A stretch of 55,811 nt of DNA, the filler included, from Jimgerdemannia flammicorona (Eukaryota), in assembly GCA_003990765.1 (NCBI GenBank). It is 3 parts of 3 records of this genome, joined end to end, with 100 filler letters (N's around TTAATTAATTAA, not from the genome) between each part and the next. Parts side by side here need not be neighbours in the genome. Positions count along the whole stretch, not along the records: positions 1 to 18,538 come from RBNJ01002185.1; 2 more parts are not named here. One strand, given 5' to 3'. How positions within the stretch are numbered: the stretch's first letter is position 1; the number at the start of each line of letters is the position of its first letter. The notes beneath the pieces are model-generated. The model saw nothing but the letters and a program-made list of their open reading frames with translations. It was not told the DNA's origin and did no database searches. Position numbers and translations under genes: made by a program. Shown piece by piece: positions 1 through 10,456 of this stretch.

Positions 1-143
1 AAAAAAATTTGGCTGTTTTGATTTTCAAATTTTCCAAATTAAATAAAAGGTCTGTAAAAGCCACTTGACCAGTTGGCTGTAAATTTAAGGCCAAGCCACC
101 CTGGCCAGCCATTGGCCATATGGCCAGCTATCTGGGATCCCTA
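1..143. mobile_element. Possible terminus of a hAT-like DNA transposon running off the left edge
   Basis: The segment ends in ...CTGGGATCCCTA (TAGGGATCCCAG on the minus strand), a TAGGG-type end typical of hAT elements. It is preceded by clustered TGGCCA/TGGCT subterminal motifs and lacks CpG. The partner TIR is outside the window. Confidence 0.35.
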
Positions 144-520
144 CTTTAAATGCCAGTTTATATTCAATGAATTGATTTTAACAATGAAATAATTATACAA
201 TTATCCAAATATCTATTAATGTTTTCATTATTATTGACATGCAACTTATTATAAAAATATTTGAGATTCTAGCCTTGAATATCTGAAATATTATACTATT
301 TGGTATAGAGCTTATTTCAGAACTTAAGTATATATATATGGTCAGGTCTTTGCAGAAGCCACTTCACAGCTTAGTATGATATCTTTGGAGTTCAAACTTT
401 TGTCAGTTCTGAAAAGATCATCATGTAACTCCATATAATTATTAGCTATTTATTTACTATCTGTAATTTTTTTTAAAATTTATAAAATATTTCTATATTA
501 ATAAAATACTACTTTCCAAT

Positions 521-581
521 GAGTGTTCCTCGAGTCGAATTGGACCTCGATTCGATTCAATTCCATTCGTTCTGAGCACTA
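521..581. mobile_element. Tiny MITE-like remnant
   Basis: Imperfect terminal inverted repeat GAGTGTTC...GAGCACTA around iterated TCGATT/TCGAAT motifs. Confidence 0.25.
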
Positions 582-1039
582 CCTTCAACGTTAGAATATT
601 TGTAAATACACACATTATTTAATATTAATGATTGGGATGACATGCTATTTGATTAGGGAGATTTTTCACGAGTGTCCAGTGCAAATTTTCCTACTTGTGC
701 TGCCTGTGGGTGAACAGGTATATATATACACAGAACGACCGCGATCACCGACGTCGTATACGGAATGATGCGACTCAAAATCGGTTATTATATTTTGGAA
801 AATGCAGTTGTATTTTCGCTGGATACTAGGAATTGTGAATGGACCCCTAACATATTCTTAAACAGACTCTTGTCAGTTTGGAATGGACCGAAATTGCTTT
901 TCACCATCATTCAAAGCAAATACTTTATTCATAATTAACAAATGATTGTCATCCGATAAGCTAGTACCCCTCTAATTGCATTCTAGAGAAAACTATGTCG
1001 TTTTCCAAATGGTATTTGCAAAGTTGGTTTATCACTACA

Positions 1040-4000
1040 TCATTCCAGTCTTCGTTGTTTGAAGAGTTGCTCGAAGAATTCGGTTATAGTGGCCACGTAT
1101 CCTTGTGACCGGTATTCGGCAACCCTGATAGGATTTTGAAGGACAATTGCATTAAGCAAAACGGAAAATTGAATTCAATGAGATTTTGTATTACTTACTC
1201 TCTATCAGAAATCTCCTTCTGGAAGCAAATGATGTCTCCATTTTGAATTTGGAATGTCGTTGTTGTTGTCATGGCATCAAACCTGCTAAATTTGACTTCC
1301 TTTAACATTCAATTTGTCAGATATAAATTGCTTAACCATGATTCAGGCTTATCTCATGCATCACATCAATATGTATCCCTACCTCAAACAATATCAGCTT
1401 AGTATTCGATGGGAACCCTTTCTTCTCGTTTAAGATGGGGATGATATCGCAAACATTCCCGTTCGGCTGCACATATAGCTTGCCACAACCCCTATTGACA
1501 CATATATTCAAGGCGACATCGGATTAATTGGTTTGGGACGATTATAACAAAGCAACAACTTCAAAAACATTAATAGCTCTACAAACTCGATTTTCTGTGT
1601 CTTCGGGTCAAAGTACTTGAGAAAGATCATCTGATATGACCAGAGTCGGCCGTTAATCGGCTTGTCAGCCTCCTCGAGATAGAGTTGCAAGGTACTCCGA
1701 TTACCCATTTTGTCTTTTATGGCAATCATTGCTACAAACCAGTGATTTAACAATGCTAAGTTAGTACAGGTATCTTATTGCACCTGAAACCGATGCCCAA
1801 CATCCGCCTTTATTTGGTGGAAAAGTAAAAAATAATAAAATACCGCAATACTCACATGAATTGGCTTCTGTCTCTGGGATCGGTTGGTCAGGCCTCACCG
1901 TCCGATTCAATCGTTTGACAAGAATCCATAGCCTAAATCTGTTGACCGGGACCTGGAAATGGTCTGCGACTGATTGTTTGAATACTGCAAACCGCTCCTC
2001 CTCCTTTACGCGAAAAGATGGTATTTCTGACTGCATTGTCTTGTCGTCGAAATTCGCCAGATCGAAACCTTGATGCACCTTGAATATTTTGTCTGTCACG
2101 ATCTGGAGAAAATTATCGCACATATAATAGATATTGTATTAGAGAAACCGTAAGTCACACGACAACTGGTGAACGCAGCTCACCTTGACGGTCAGATGCA
2201 TTTCATTTTGAGCTTTTTCCCCGTCAAGATGCCTTTCTATAATATATAATTCGGAACACGCAATCCTTAATAAAAGCTCCGGAATGCGACACTCATATGT
2301 GTTTCTCTGTATCAATGTTGCCTTGATCAGACTCTCTGGAAAAAAAGACCAATCGAAAATAATATAGAATAAAATGAAAAAAAAAAAAGGAAAAATAAGA
2401 AACGATACGCACTTATATGGGGCGGAATATCACCAGGTGACATCGATGCGAGCATCTCGTCGACATCGGACTCACGAATATACACAAGCACGTACGCTCT
2501 TGTATAACATTTTTTTGCCGCCATTGGTGGTCTTAGGGAACTGAGTTGGTTGTCATTGGGGGCCTCGTCCCCATAGTTATCCTCAAATACCTCACTGTCC
2601 GTTACAGGAATAACGCGGTTATCATCGTATATGAACCACTTGCTGTCCTTTTCGGGCTTTAGAAAAGCGAAGTATTTACCACCTTTAAGATCACCGCTAT
2701 GTGCTATGACACTGAATATGAAAAAAAAAGTGATATGTCAGCAAATCATACAACGCAAACAATTTGCAGGGTGTTATCATTTACTGTGAGTCTTCTGATT
2801 AAACACTCTTACCCATGAAGGAGATAATTGTGCCGTCTGCTTCTGTCAGCGGTCGGAGAAAGGAACTCCTCGAGGTCGATCTCAGGTGGAAATTCATGGC
2901 GGTCATTAATCTAGGCACGGACGGCATGGTTCAATCTTTTCAGAATTCGAGACTAAGCATCTACCAAGCAAGGGCAACAATATCATGGACCCACCTTTAC
3001 CATAGCATCCCTTGAAATGTCATACTCAAACCTCTTCAGTTGTATATATAGCACGGACGGGAAGCTCTCTAAATAGACACCTTTCTTGACGTTTTGCAAA
3101 CCGTAACCTCCAATTTGCTGCTTCTCCACGAACTCAGCCACATACTTCACGAAAGATTCATAGAGATTTTTGCACCCCTTGACATCGAGAAGAATGTCTA
3201 ATATATTGCGAAATCAAAAGAAGTCAAGAATCAATATTCGTCTGCGTCGGTGATTCGGAAGCTGTGCTTTCCTAGGTTACCATAATAATCCTCCTCGCGC
3301 GAGAACTCGTAATCGATGCTTATTCCTTTGCCATAAGATTCCATCTTGCCGATGAATAGTTTCTCCATGTCGCCATCGGCCGGCGTGTTCTAAAAATGGT
3401 AGGTGTCTCGTCACATAGAAGCATTGTAGCATAGAACCTGATATCGACATGCCCAATAACGTTGCATTTACTACACACCTTCATTTTCGACGCCAGGTTT
3501 TCCTGTAGAATGCGGTTAAAAAGCAAAAAGTCGTGCTCCTTGGATATGTCGCGAGAGTCCCACCCGAAACTCCCTGTCAACTCCGTTGTGCCTAATCATA
3601 CATGACGCATATCAGAATCGCCAAACAGCCGAGCGAATTCAAAATTATCCCCTACTTTTAAATGATACTAGTTGACTCATACAAGCCGTCCCAGCGCCCT
3701 TTCCAGTACTTGGCATCTTAGGGCCTACCTACCAACAGCTACTTCTGAGAACTGGAGATTATAAAACACGCGCTGTAGTGCCAAGGCAATGCTCTTGATG
3801 GGTACGTCGGATTCCGTTGGGATCTTGTAGACAGATCTACGAAAGTATTTTATCATATATAAACATTGCACGGCCGCGTTCAAGCAACTGGTCGTTCCCT
3901 GGCTTATGAGACCGACGTAGCCAGTGACCTTCTTAGAATCGTAGCTAGGTAAAAGATCACCAAAAAATGAGCTACATTTACAAATGCAAGTTATGGATTT

Positions 4001-5551
4001 GCTACATTGCACACTCACTTGATAAAGTTATGCCACAATACCCCAGTAGGGTCTTTCACGACCCGCACGAAAGCAGAAATGACGGTTTGGTCATTGTCAA
4101 TTAAGGGGTGCGAGCGCCCGTTATTTGGCTGAAACATCTCATTGATACGGTAGAACCGGGTGAAACCCCAGTCGGTCTCGTCAGCACAAAATCGATGGTG
4201 AGAATTGTGATACTCCAATTGGGTCGGATCGAACGGGTTAGACATCGCCAATGCGAACTGAGCGCACGAATGCTCTCTCTGCTCGGCCGGCCCAGGGTCA
4301 GCGAGTTGAAGATATATAGAGGTACTCTCTTTCTGGCCGTTACCATGAGGGTAGAGCAGAATATTCCTGCATGTGCGGGAGAGACGGTCGAAACCCCAGT
4401 TGAGTATGCAAAGCCTCGCCTAATAGTTCGAGTGCGAATACATGGAAAGGTAAAACATGCATACCATTTCCAACCGCCCGCCTCAAATTCCGGGCTGACA
4501 ATCCTACCAGTCAGAACACACCAACTTTCGATTTTCCAGTGGAATATTTGAAAATCTTCTACGTCGTGATCTACGTCAGGCAGTATCTGACGCGTAGGGC
4601 ATACGGTGTTCTTGCAGGCGTGATGGCAAAACGCCACATAGTGTGGAGACGTTTCTGCAAACGTGTCAACTACTTCCGTAAAGGTCTTGAGTCGAGGCGG
4701 GCAAACAAGCGTGAGGTCGAAGTGGCTCATCATTTTGAGCATCAAGGCGCGCGATGCGCCGTCTCCTAGCCGGACCGTGCCAGCGCGTCCCGCAGTCATA
4801 TCGTTAACGTCATGCAGAACTGCACGGCGCACCGAAGCAGACGGCGTGTTCTCGTTGCGTCGCCAGAACCAGTGAACGACGCACAACAGTAAGTCATGCT
4901 CGGGTGTAGAGAGAGTGGCTCTCTCGGTGAGGAGCAGCTCGAGGGACTCTTCGGATAAGTCGGACAGCTCACCGATGGCGAGTTTATGAGTGCGGAAGGG
5001 GTTGAGGAGCACGTCGTAGAGGTCCTTGTTGGCTTCGCTCCAGGGGATGGCGGCGACAGCTTCGTTGAGAAGCGGTGAGGCGACACCAGAATCAGCGAGG
5101 TCGTGCGCGCGTTCCAGCACCATCTTCATGAGCTTCTGGAGTAGGAGAAAGCTTGCCGCGCAGTATATTCCTACCGTGAAGGAAATTGTGGCAGTTTTGT
5201 CGATGGTCTCAGTGTGAATGAACCCCAGGACGATGTTGAGCACCGTGGAGGTGATGTCGTTGAGGACGACGCGATGAGAGGAACCCTCTCGCATGTTTCC
5301 GTACAGCATCACCTTGAAGACCGGACATCTTTTAAGAAATTACATGAAATAAGAGATAAGCAAAGTGTCATGAAAAGCTACAAAGTACGTGAGAATCGAA
5401 GTCGATCAAACCTTGAAGCAAGCACGGCACGGCATGCGCCTAGCTCGACACCGTCAGCGCAGACAATGGTCACATCGTGGTAAGTCGAGTCTTTCCAGAT
5501 GGAAGCGATATCGTCCTTGAGACTAAAACCGCTGTCGCATTTCTCGACCAT
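1040..5551 (-). CDS. BTB-BACK / MATH / catalytically dead USP7(Ubp15)-like domain / UBL1-2 fusion protein, 1041 aa, 15 exons
   Basis: Hand-spliced exons: 5551-5412, 5328-4465, 4366-4019, 3944-3733, 3591-3479, 3389-3281, 3197-2995, 2910-2813, 2711-2413, 2236-2184, 2102-1856, 1731-1587, 1491-1383, 1299-1199, 1124-1040. All 14 introns are GT-AG and the 3126 nt form one frame with no internal stop. BTB: DVTIVCADG..RAVLASRCPVFKVMLYGNMRE. BACK-like: LSEESLELLL..EHDLLLCVVHW. MATH: FEAGGWKWNILLYPHGN..HHRFCADETDWGFTRF. USP7 hallmarks: WHNFINYDSKK, SFGWD, QLKRFEYD, INDRHEFP, AYVLVYIRES. UBL1: HQGFDLANFDD..RTVRPD. Confidence 0.88.
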
Positions 5552-5632
5552 GTTTGTAAATGTGAGAGAAGGTAGGTTTGGTTGGGATGGGTACGAAATA
5601 AAAAGGTTTGGCGTGGTTTGACTGCGGAAAGA

Positions 5633-5638
5633 TTTATA
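5633..5638 (-). promoter_or_regulatory. Possible TATA box of the BTB-USP gene
   Basis: TATAAA on the minus strand about 80 nt upstream of the ATG at 5551. This favours 5551 over the in-frame upstream ATG at 5701. Confidence 0.25.
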
Positions 5639-6882
5639 TCTAAATCGTGGCGCAGCGTTGGTCAAAGGTCCCGCGTTTTCGTCCTTTTCCCACTTATTCA
5701 TGGACCCGCGGCTCCCACTCACTTTGTCACAAGCATCTGCTTCTCCATAGCCGCCGATGCTAAGATATCTTTAACAATGAGTCTCCCGAGTCTCAGGTTT
5801 AATATAGAATTTGGCATGCTTATAACTAACATAGGGAACAAGTCGTGCAGAAGCTTTACGTATATGGTGACCATCCCCGAACCACCCACAATCCCTTTGC
5901 GATGTGCATAATTAATTCCTGTATTACCATTTTATATAGGTCAAATATGATATTGATAATACTTTGACTTTTAGTATATAATTATATTGTGGCTCACTTG
6001 ATGTTGATTATCAAGCAAATACGACTTTCCAAAAGAATGCAGCGGACGGATTATAGATACTATTTTAATCTGTATTCTCACGGTACTTGGCAGAAACCTG
6101 AATTATTAAGGTGACCGATGGAAAACTGGTGCTTGTCAGCAGCACCAAATGTTCAACTCCGGTGTGACAAAATCCAATACAAGAGCACTGCGCGAATCCT
6201 CGTCGAATTATACTTCGAATGCCAGTTACACAATTCCCCTTGACGGTCGAGCACACAATTCCTAAGACGACCGATATCCTGAAGTCGCTCAACCCGAATG
6301 TTGGTATTGTCTTGATCAAAAAATATTATTATTGCGGTGTTCCAGAAAATCCAAGTGGAGTGAAAACCCCTATTGGATAACGAAAATAGATATATTGAGA
6401 AGATAATTTTTCCCAAGCCAATATGTGGAATGAACCTAGATTCTCCGCTACCAGCAAAAGGATCTACCTCCAACCTGCCGTCGCGCACTCGGGCTCCAAT
6501 TCTATAATGGAGTTACATATGCTTTATGAGAATTTTCTCATCAGTATTGATAACAGCAACAGGTAATGAATTGATGATACTCATTTTAAACATAGAAAGT
6601 AGTATAATAGCTGGTAACAAATATTGCAATTATGTGGAGTATTTCTATTTGTCTATTTGGTCCTTTTCTGGAAAATTGGTTAATTTTTCTGATAAAGCTC
6701 CGATTGGGCGAAATCTTCGGTCTGGTTTGGTTCTGGAATTTGGATAGCCGCCCTGCAGCAATTTGAACCCGAAAAATGGCCGACCCGACTTTGTACCTGT
6801 TGGGGTTTTTCAGTATAATCCGGGAGAAACGACTAGGGGAAGAGGAGATGTTTATTGATGCTCGAGTTACGCGTTGCAGGTT

Positions 6883-6950
6883 GATGACGTAAGAACGATG
6901 ACGTCACTGTTGATGACGTATACATCTAGTACATGTCTTTGATGACTTAA
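6883..6950. promoter_or_regulatory. Cluster of CRE/ATF-like (bZIP) motifs
   Basis: GATGACGT occurs three times, including a perfect TGACGTCA at 6899-6906, plus GATGACTT, all within 70 bp. Confidence 0.35.
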
Positions 6951-6990
6951 CCCATTCCATTTCGAGATTTTGAAATTCTGTTACTTGATG

Positions 6991-7198
6991 AAAACATGTC
7001 CAATTTTGATGTACTTTAGCTTGTTAGATTCGCCTCATTTACGCAAATCCAGTACAATCAGTATTATTAAATTTAGACATATTTTCGTATTTCAAAATTT
7101 GAGAATTTAAATCAAAAATTGAAATTCTTTTATGTGACGAAAACATGTGATGTACTTTAGCTTGTTGAATTCGCCTCATTTAGGCAAATCCAGCATAC
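6991..7198. repeat. Direct repeat pair (~60 bp) containing an imperfect hairpin
   Basis: AAACATGT..GATGTACTTTAGCTTGTT..ATTCGCCTCATTTA(C/G)GCAAATCCAG occurs at ~6991-7055 and ~7141-7198. Confidence 0.75.
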
Positions 7199-7274
7199 CA
7201 ACAATCATTAAATATGCGTCAAGTATCGGAATTTCAAAATTTGATTGAAAACATGTCAAAGTTTGATTCAAATT

Positions 7275-7640
7275 AGGCCGCCTGACCTCTCGACTTAAGG
7301 TCGCCCAGCTTTAAGGTCGCCCGACCTCTCGATTTAAGGCCACCTGGCCTCTCGACCTAAGACCACCCGGCATCTCGATTTAAGGCTGCCTGGCCTCTCG
7401 ACTTAAGGCCGCCCAGCTTTACTCTCGATTTAAGGCCACCTGGCCTCTCGATTTAAGGCTGCCCGGCTTTAAGGTCGCCCGGCCTCTCGATGTAAGGCCA
7501 CCTGGCCTCTAGATTTAAGGCCGCCCGGCTTTAAGGTCGCCCGGTCTCTCGATTTAAGGCCACCTGATCTCTCGATTTAAGGCCGCCCGGCTTTAAGGTC
7601 GCCCGGCCTCTCGATTTAAGGCCACCTGGCCTCTCGATCC
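7275..7640. repeat. GC-rich minisatellite with higher-order structure (16+23+23 = 62 bp)
   Basis: About 17 units of GGYCRCCYGGC-(CTCTCGA)-TTTAA. The last nine units form three 62-bp repeats: GGCCGCCCGGCTTTAA GGTCGCCCGGCCTCTCGATTTAA GGCCACCTGGCCTCTCGATTTAA. Confidence 0.9.
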
Positions 7641-8297
7641 AACCTCTATTTTAAAATCATTTGACTTTGATTTAAAACCACATTTTTATATGTTTAGCCC
7701 TTATTAAAACTATATAATATTAGTATTTCAATATAATAAAAATATAATTATAAAATATAAATAAATTGAAATAATTTTTTCTCTCTGCATTTGAACTACA
7801 GATAGCTAGAGCCTTGGAGACCCTTACTCAATGCTTAAGTAGACTAGTGAACTGTTTTAATTATTTTCAGCACAATTTTGCCTATAATTATCAGAAATGA
7901 TATTATTTATACTATAAGACCATTTGACCTCAGTAAATGATCTCTATTTAAGACTGTAGTTTTGGTATAAAGAGAAAATAAGAAAGATACTATACTACTA
8001 TAATGGTTAAAAAGAAAGAAGATATTAATAATTTAAAAGAAAATATTGTTTTTCACTAATTGATTTTAAAAGAGATATATTAAAATAATATAAAAAAGTA
8101 TTAAGACTTATATAAAGTTAATTAAAAGACTATAAAAGAGATTTTAAGTACTTCAGTTTGAGAAATATCAATCTACTTCTAGTTTATCTTAATTTGATAT
8201 AATAATTATATTTGAAATTTTTAAAGATTATTTAACTTCATCTCTATCTTTTGATAGAATATTTCTTTATAAGTTAAAATATAATATATATATATAT

Positions 8298-10456
8298 TAT
8301 AATATGCCAGCTCAATAGAGGTATATTATAAGATGATACTCTCAGCTTCTTTTGGTGACTTAGTGAATTGGACCCTGATCATTGGGGGGAGGTTGGGGGG
8401 CCTGAGGCTACCCATTTCAGGCATCTTGGTTGTACTTAACTGGAACTGAGAGCTGACATAGTAATGTGATCAAGGCCTGCAAGCTTGAGTAGTAGGATAT
8501 TAGAGGTCTCCTCCTGCCTCATGTATAAGTTCTTTACTCATCTTGACTAGAAGAATCAGACCCTACCCACTGTGATATACTTTGATTGGAGTTTTTTCTT
8601 TACCTGTCATTCTCTTTGGGGTAGCAGGGGCTATTCTATTTAGCTCAGATATGGCCTTATATATACATTAGGATCTCAGGTATAAGCTTTCAGTCATTGG
8701 CATATGACTGGGTTCCCCCTGATGGTAGGGAAAGCATAGTGTGCAGAATGAGGTACAGGCCAACATAGGTCCTACTGTACTTGGCATAGTTGAGCTATTG
8801 GACAATAGCTAGTCTAGGTTGATGGGGGGACAGTACTTGATGGGTGGTGGGAGAGGGCTTTGGCCTATATAGTCTAGGTTCTCTTTTAATAAAAATCTAA
8901 AGAACATTGAGTCTGTTAAAAAAAAAAAAAAAAAAAAAAGGTATATTATAAGATTAGAGTAGCTATGTAGATTGGCTTGAGCCCTTAGTTACTTTGTCAA
9001 AAAGTAACAAAATATTCAATAGTTTCTCTTTTATTAATATAATATAGATAATCTTAATAGATTTCTAATTAGGTATAGATTTGGCAGACTTCTTTAATAT
9101 TTCAGATTTTGTATAATATAGTAAATTAGTAGATACTAGTGATTCTTTAGACTTTATCTAATAAGTAGACCAAATATATAGTAGATTTCTTAAAAATTTT
9201 CAGGCTTAGTCTGGTAATTATATCAAAAATTAAGTTTTCAGATATAGTTAGATAAGTATATAAAAATCAGATCTTCAGGCTTAGTCTGATATATATGTGA
9301 TCCAAAATCAGCAGACTTCTTTTGATAAATAAAGTTATATTGGTTGACTATAAATAAGTTTAGTATAAAGATATATCTGACTAACTGGCTTAGTTATGTT
9401 AAAATATAATAGACTTCTTTATATTGAAAGATAGATCAGAGTAGAAAAGAAAACTTATAACTTCTTAGTAGTAGCTTATTGATAAATATTCTCATCTTAA
9501 GTATTTCAGATATTTGACTTTTGCCTTTTTTAACTTTTTGAACTGAGATTTATTTACTTAAATCTCTGGAGTATTTTATATAAGTATGATTACTATCTAA
9601 TTACTATCTGGATAATTATAAAATATATAGTAATATTAATTTAGAATGATATGACCTATTGTTTATAAGTGAAAATAGTATTCTATAGAGTCTGAATAGT
9701 ATTCCAGAAAATAAACAATATTCCAAAGTATGAACAGTATTCTAGAGTATAAATAGTATTTATTTTAATTTAATATATTAGACTATTTATATTATTAGTA
9801 TATAATATAAGAGATAATTATGTGAGATTATTATATTATATATTTAGTATATTATCTGACTATGTTATAATGTTTACTCATTATATTAGTTTTTACTAAA
9901 GAATGATATATCCTCAGACTGTCCTTTAGTTATTATTCTAATATTCATAGATATTTTTGATATCTATATCTATATTATCATCATCTTCTATATCTAAGTT
10001 ACTCTATTTAAGAGATTTTTCTTCTTTCTCAGAAAATAGGACCTTGATACTACTGATAAAAGATTGATAAATAGATATATTAATTCATTATATATCACTT
10101 AGATAGAATTAGATCTAGAGTGAGAGCTGAAGAGTTTCTCTTATATAGTCTGTCTACTATAGTGATATTTCTTTAGATCTGACCAGTAAAGTTTCTTATA
10201 TATATAGGCTTAGTCTTTTATTGAGAAGTCTTATAACTATTCTCCAATTCTATAATAGATCTATAGTTAGTAGATCTGTAGCAAATATTATATATTGGTG
10301 AAGATTTTTGAATATATTTAGAATTATTAGATATAGTTTCTTTAGACTTCTCAGAATTATGGTAGTAGAATTGAAAGTGCTTGAAAAGAGCTGAGGATAA
10401 GAGTCTGGAGATACAGATCAATCTCTTGATTTATTATATTAATATGTAGCAGATAT
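8298..10456 (-). mobile_element. Gypsy family-1 copy A: 3' LTR (~8298-9883) plus adjacent 3' internal sequence, degenerate
   Basis: Colinear homology with 10457-12140 (for example GCTCAATAGAG..TAGTTACTTT.TCAAAAAGTAA, TCCTCAGACT..CTTTAGTTATTATT, GCTGAGGAT.AG.GTCTGG). Truncated where copy B begins. Confidence 0.65.
8335..8939 (+). mobile_element. Poly(A)-tailed retroinsertion (5'-truncated LINE or SINE) with 15-bp TSD
   Basis: AATAAA at 8888 and an A22 tail at 8918-8939. Identical flanking GGTATATTATAAGAT at 8320-8334 and 8940-8954. The empty site is visible in the homologous LTR at ~10470-10500. Confidence 0.88.

Noticed and set aside
5800..6760. Short ORFs upstream of the BTB-USP gene as a separate gene
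   Set aside because: I found no recognisable domain or consistent splice model on either strand.
7275..7640. Possible CRISPR array
   Set aside because: There are no unique spacers; units are contiguous variants of one motif, the context is eukaryotic and no cas genes are present.
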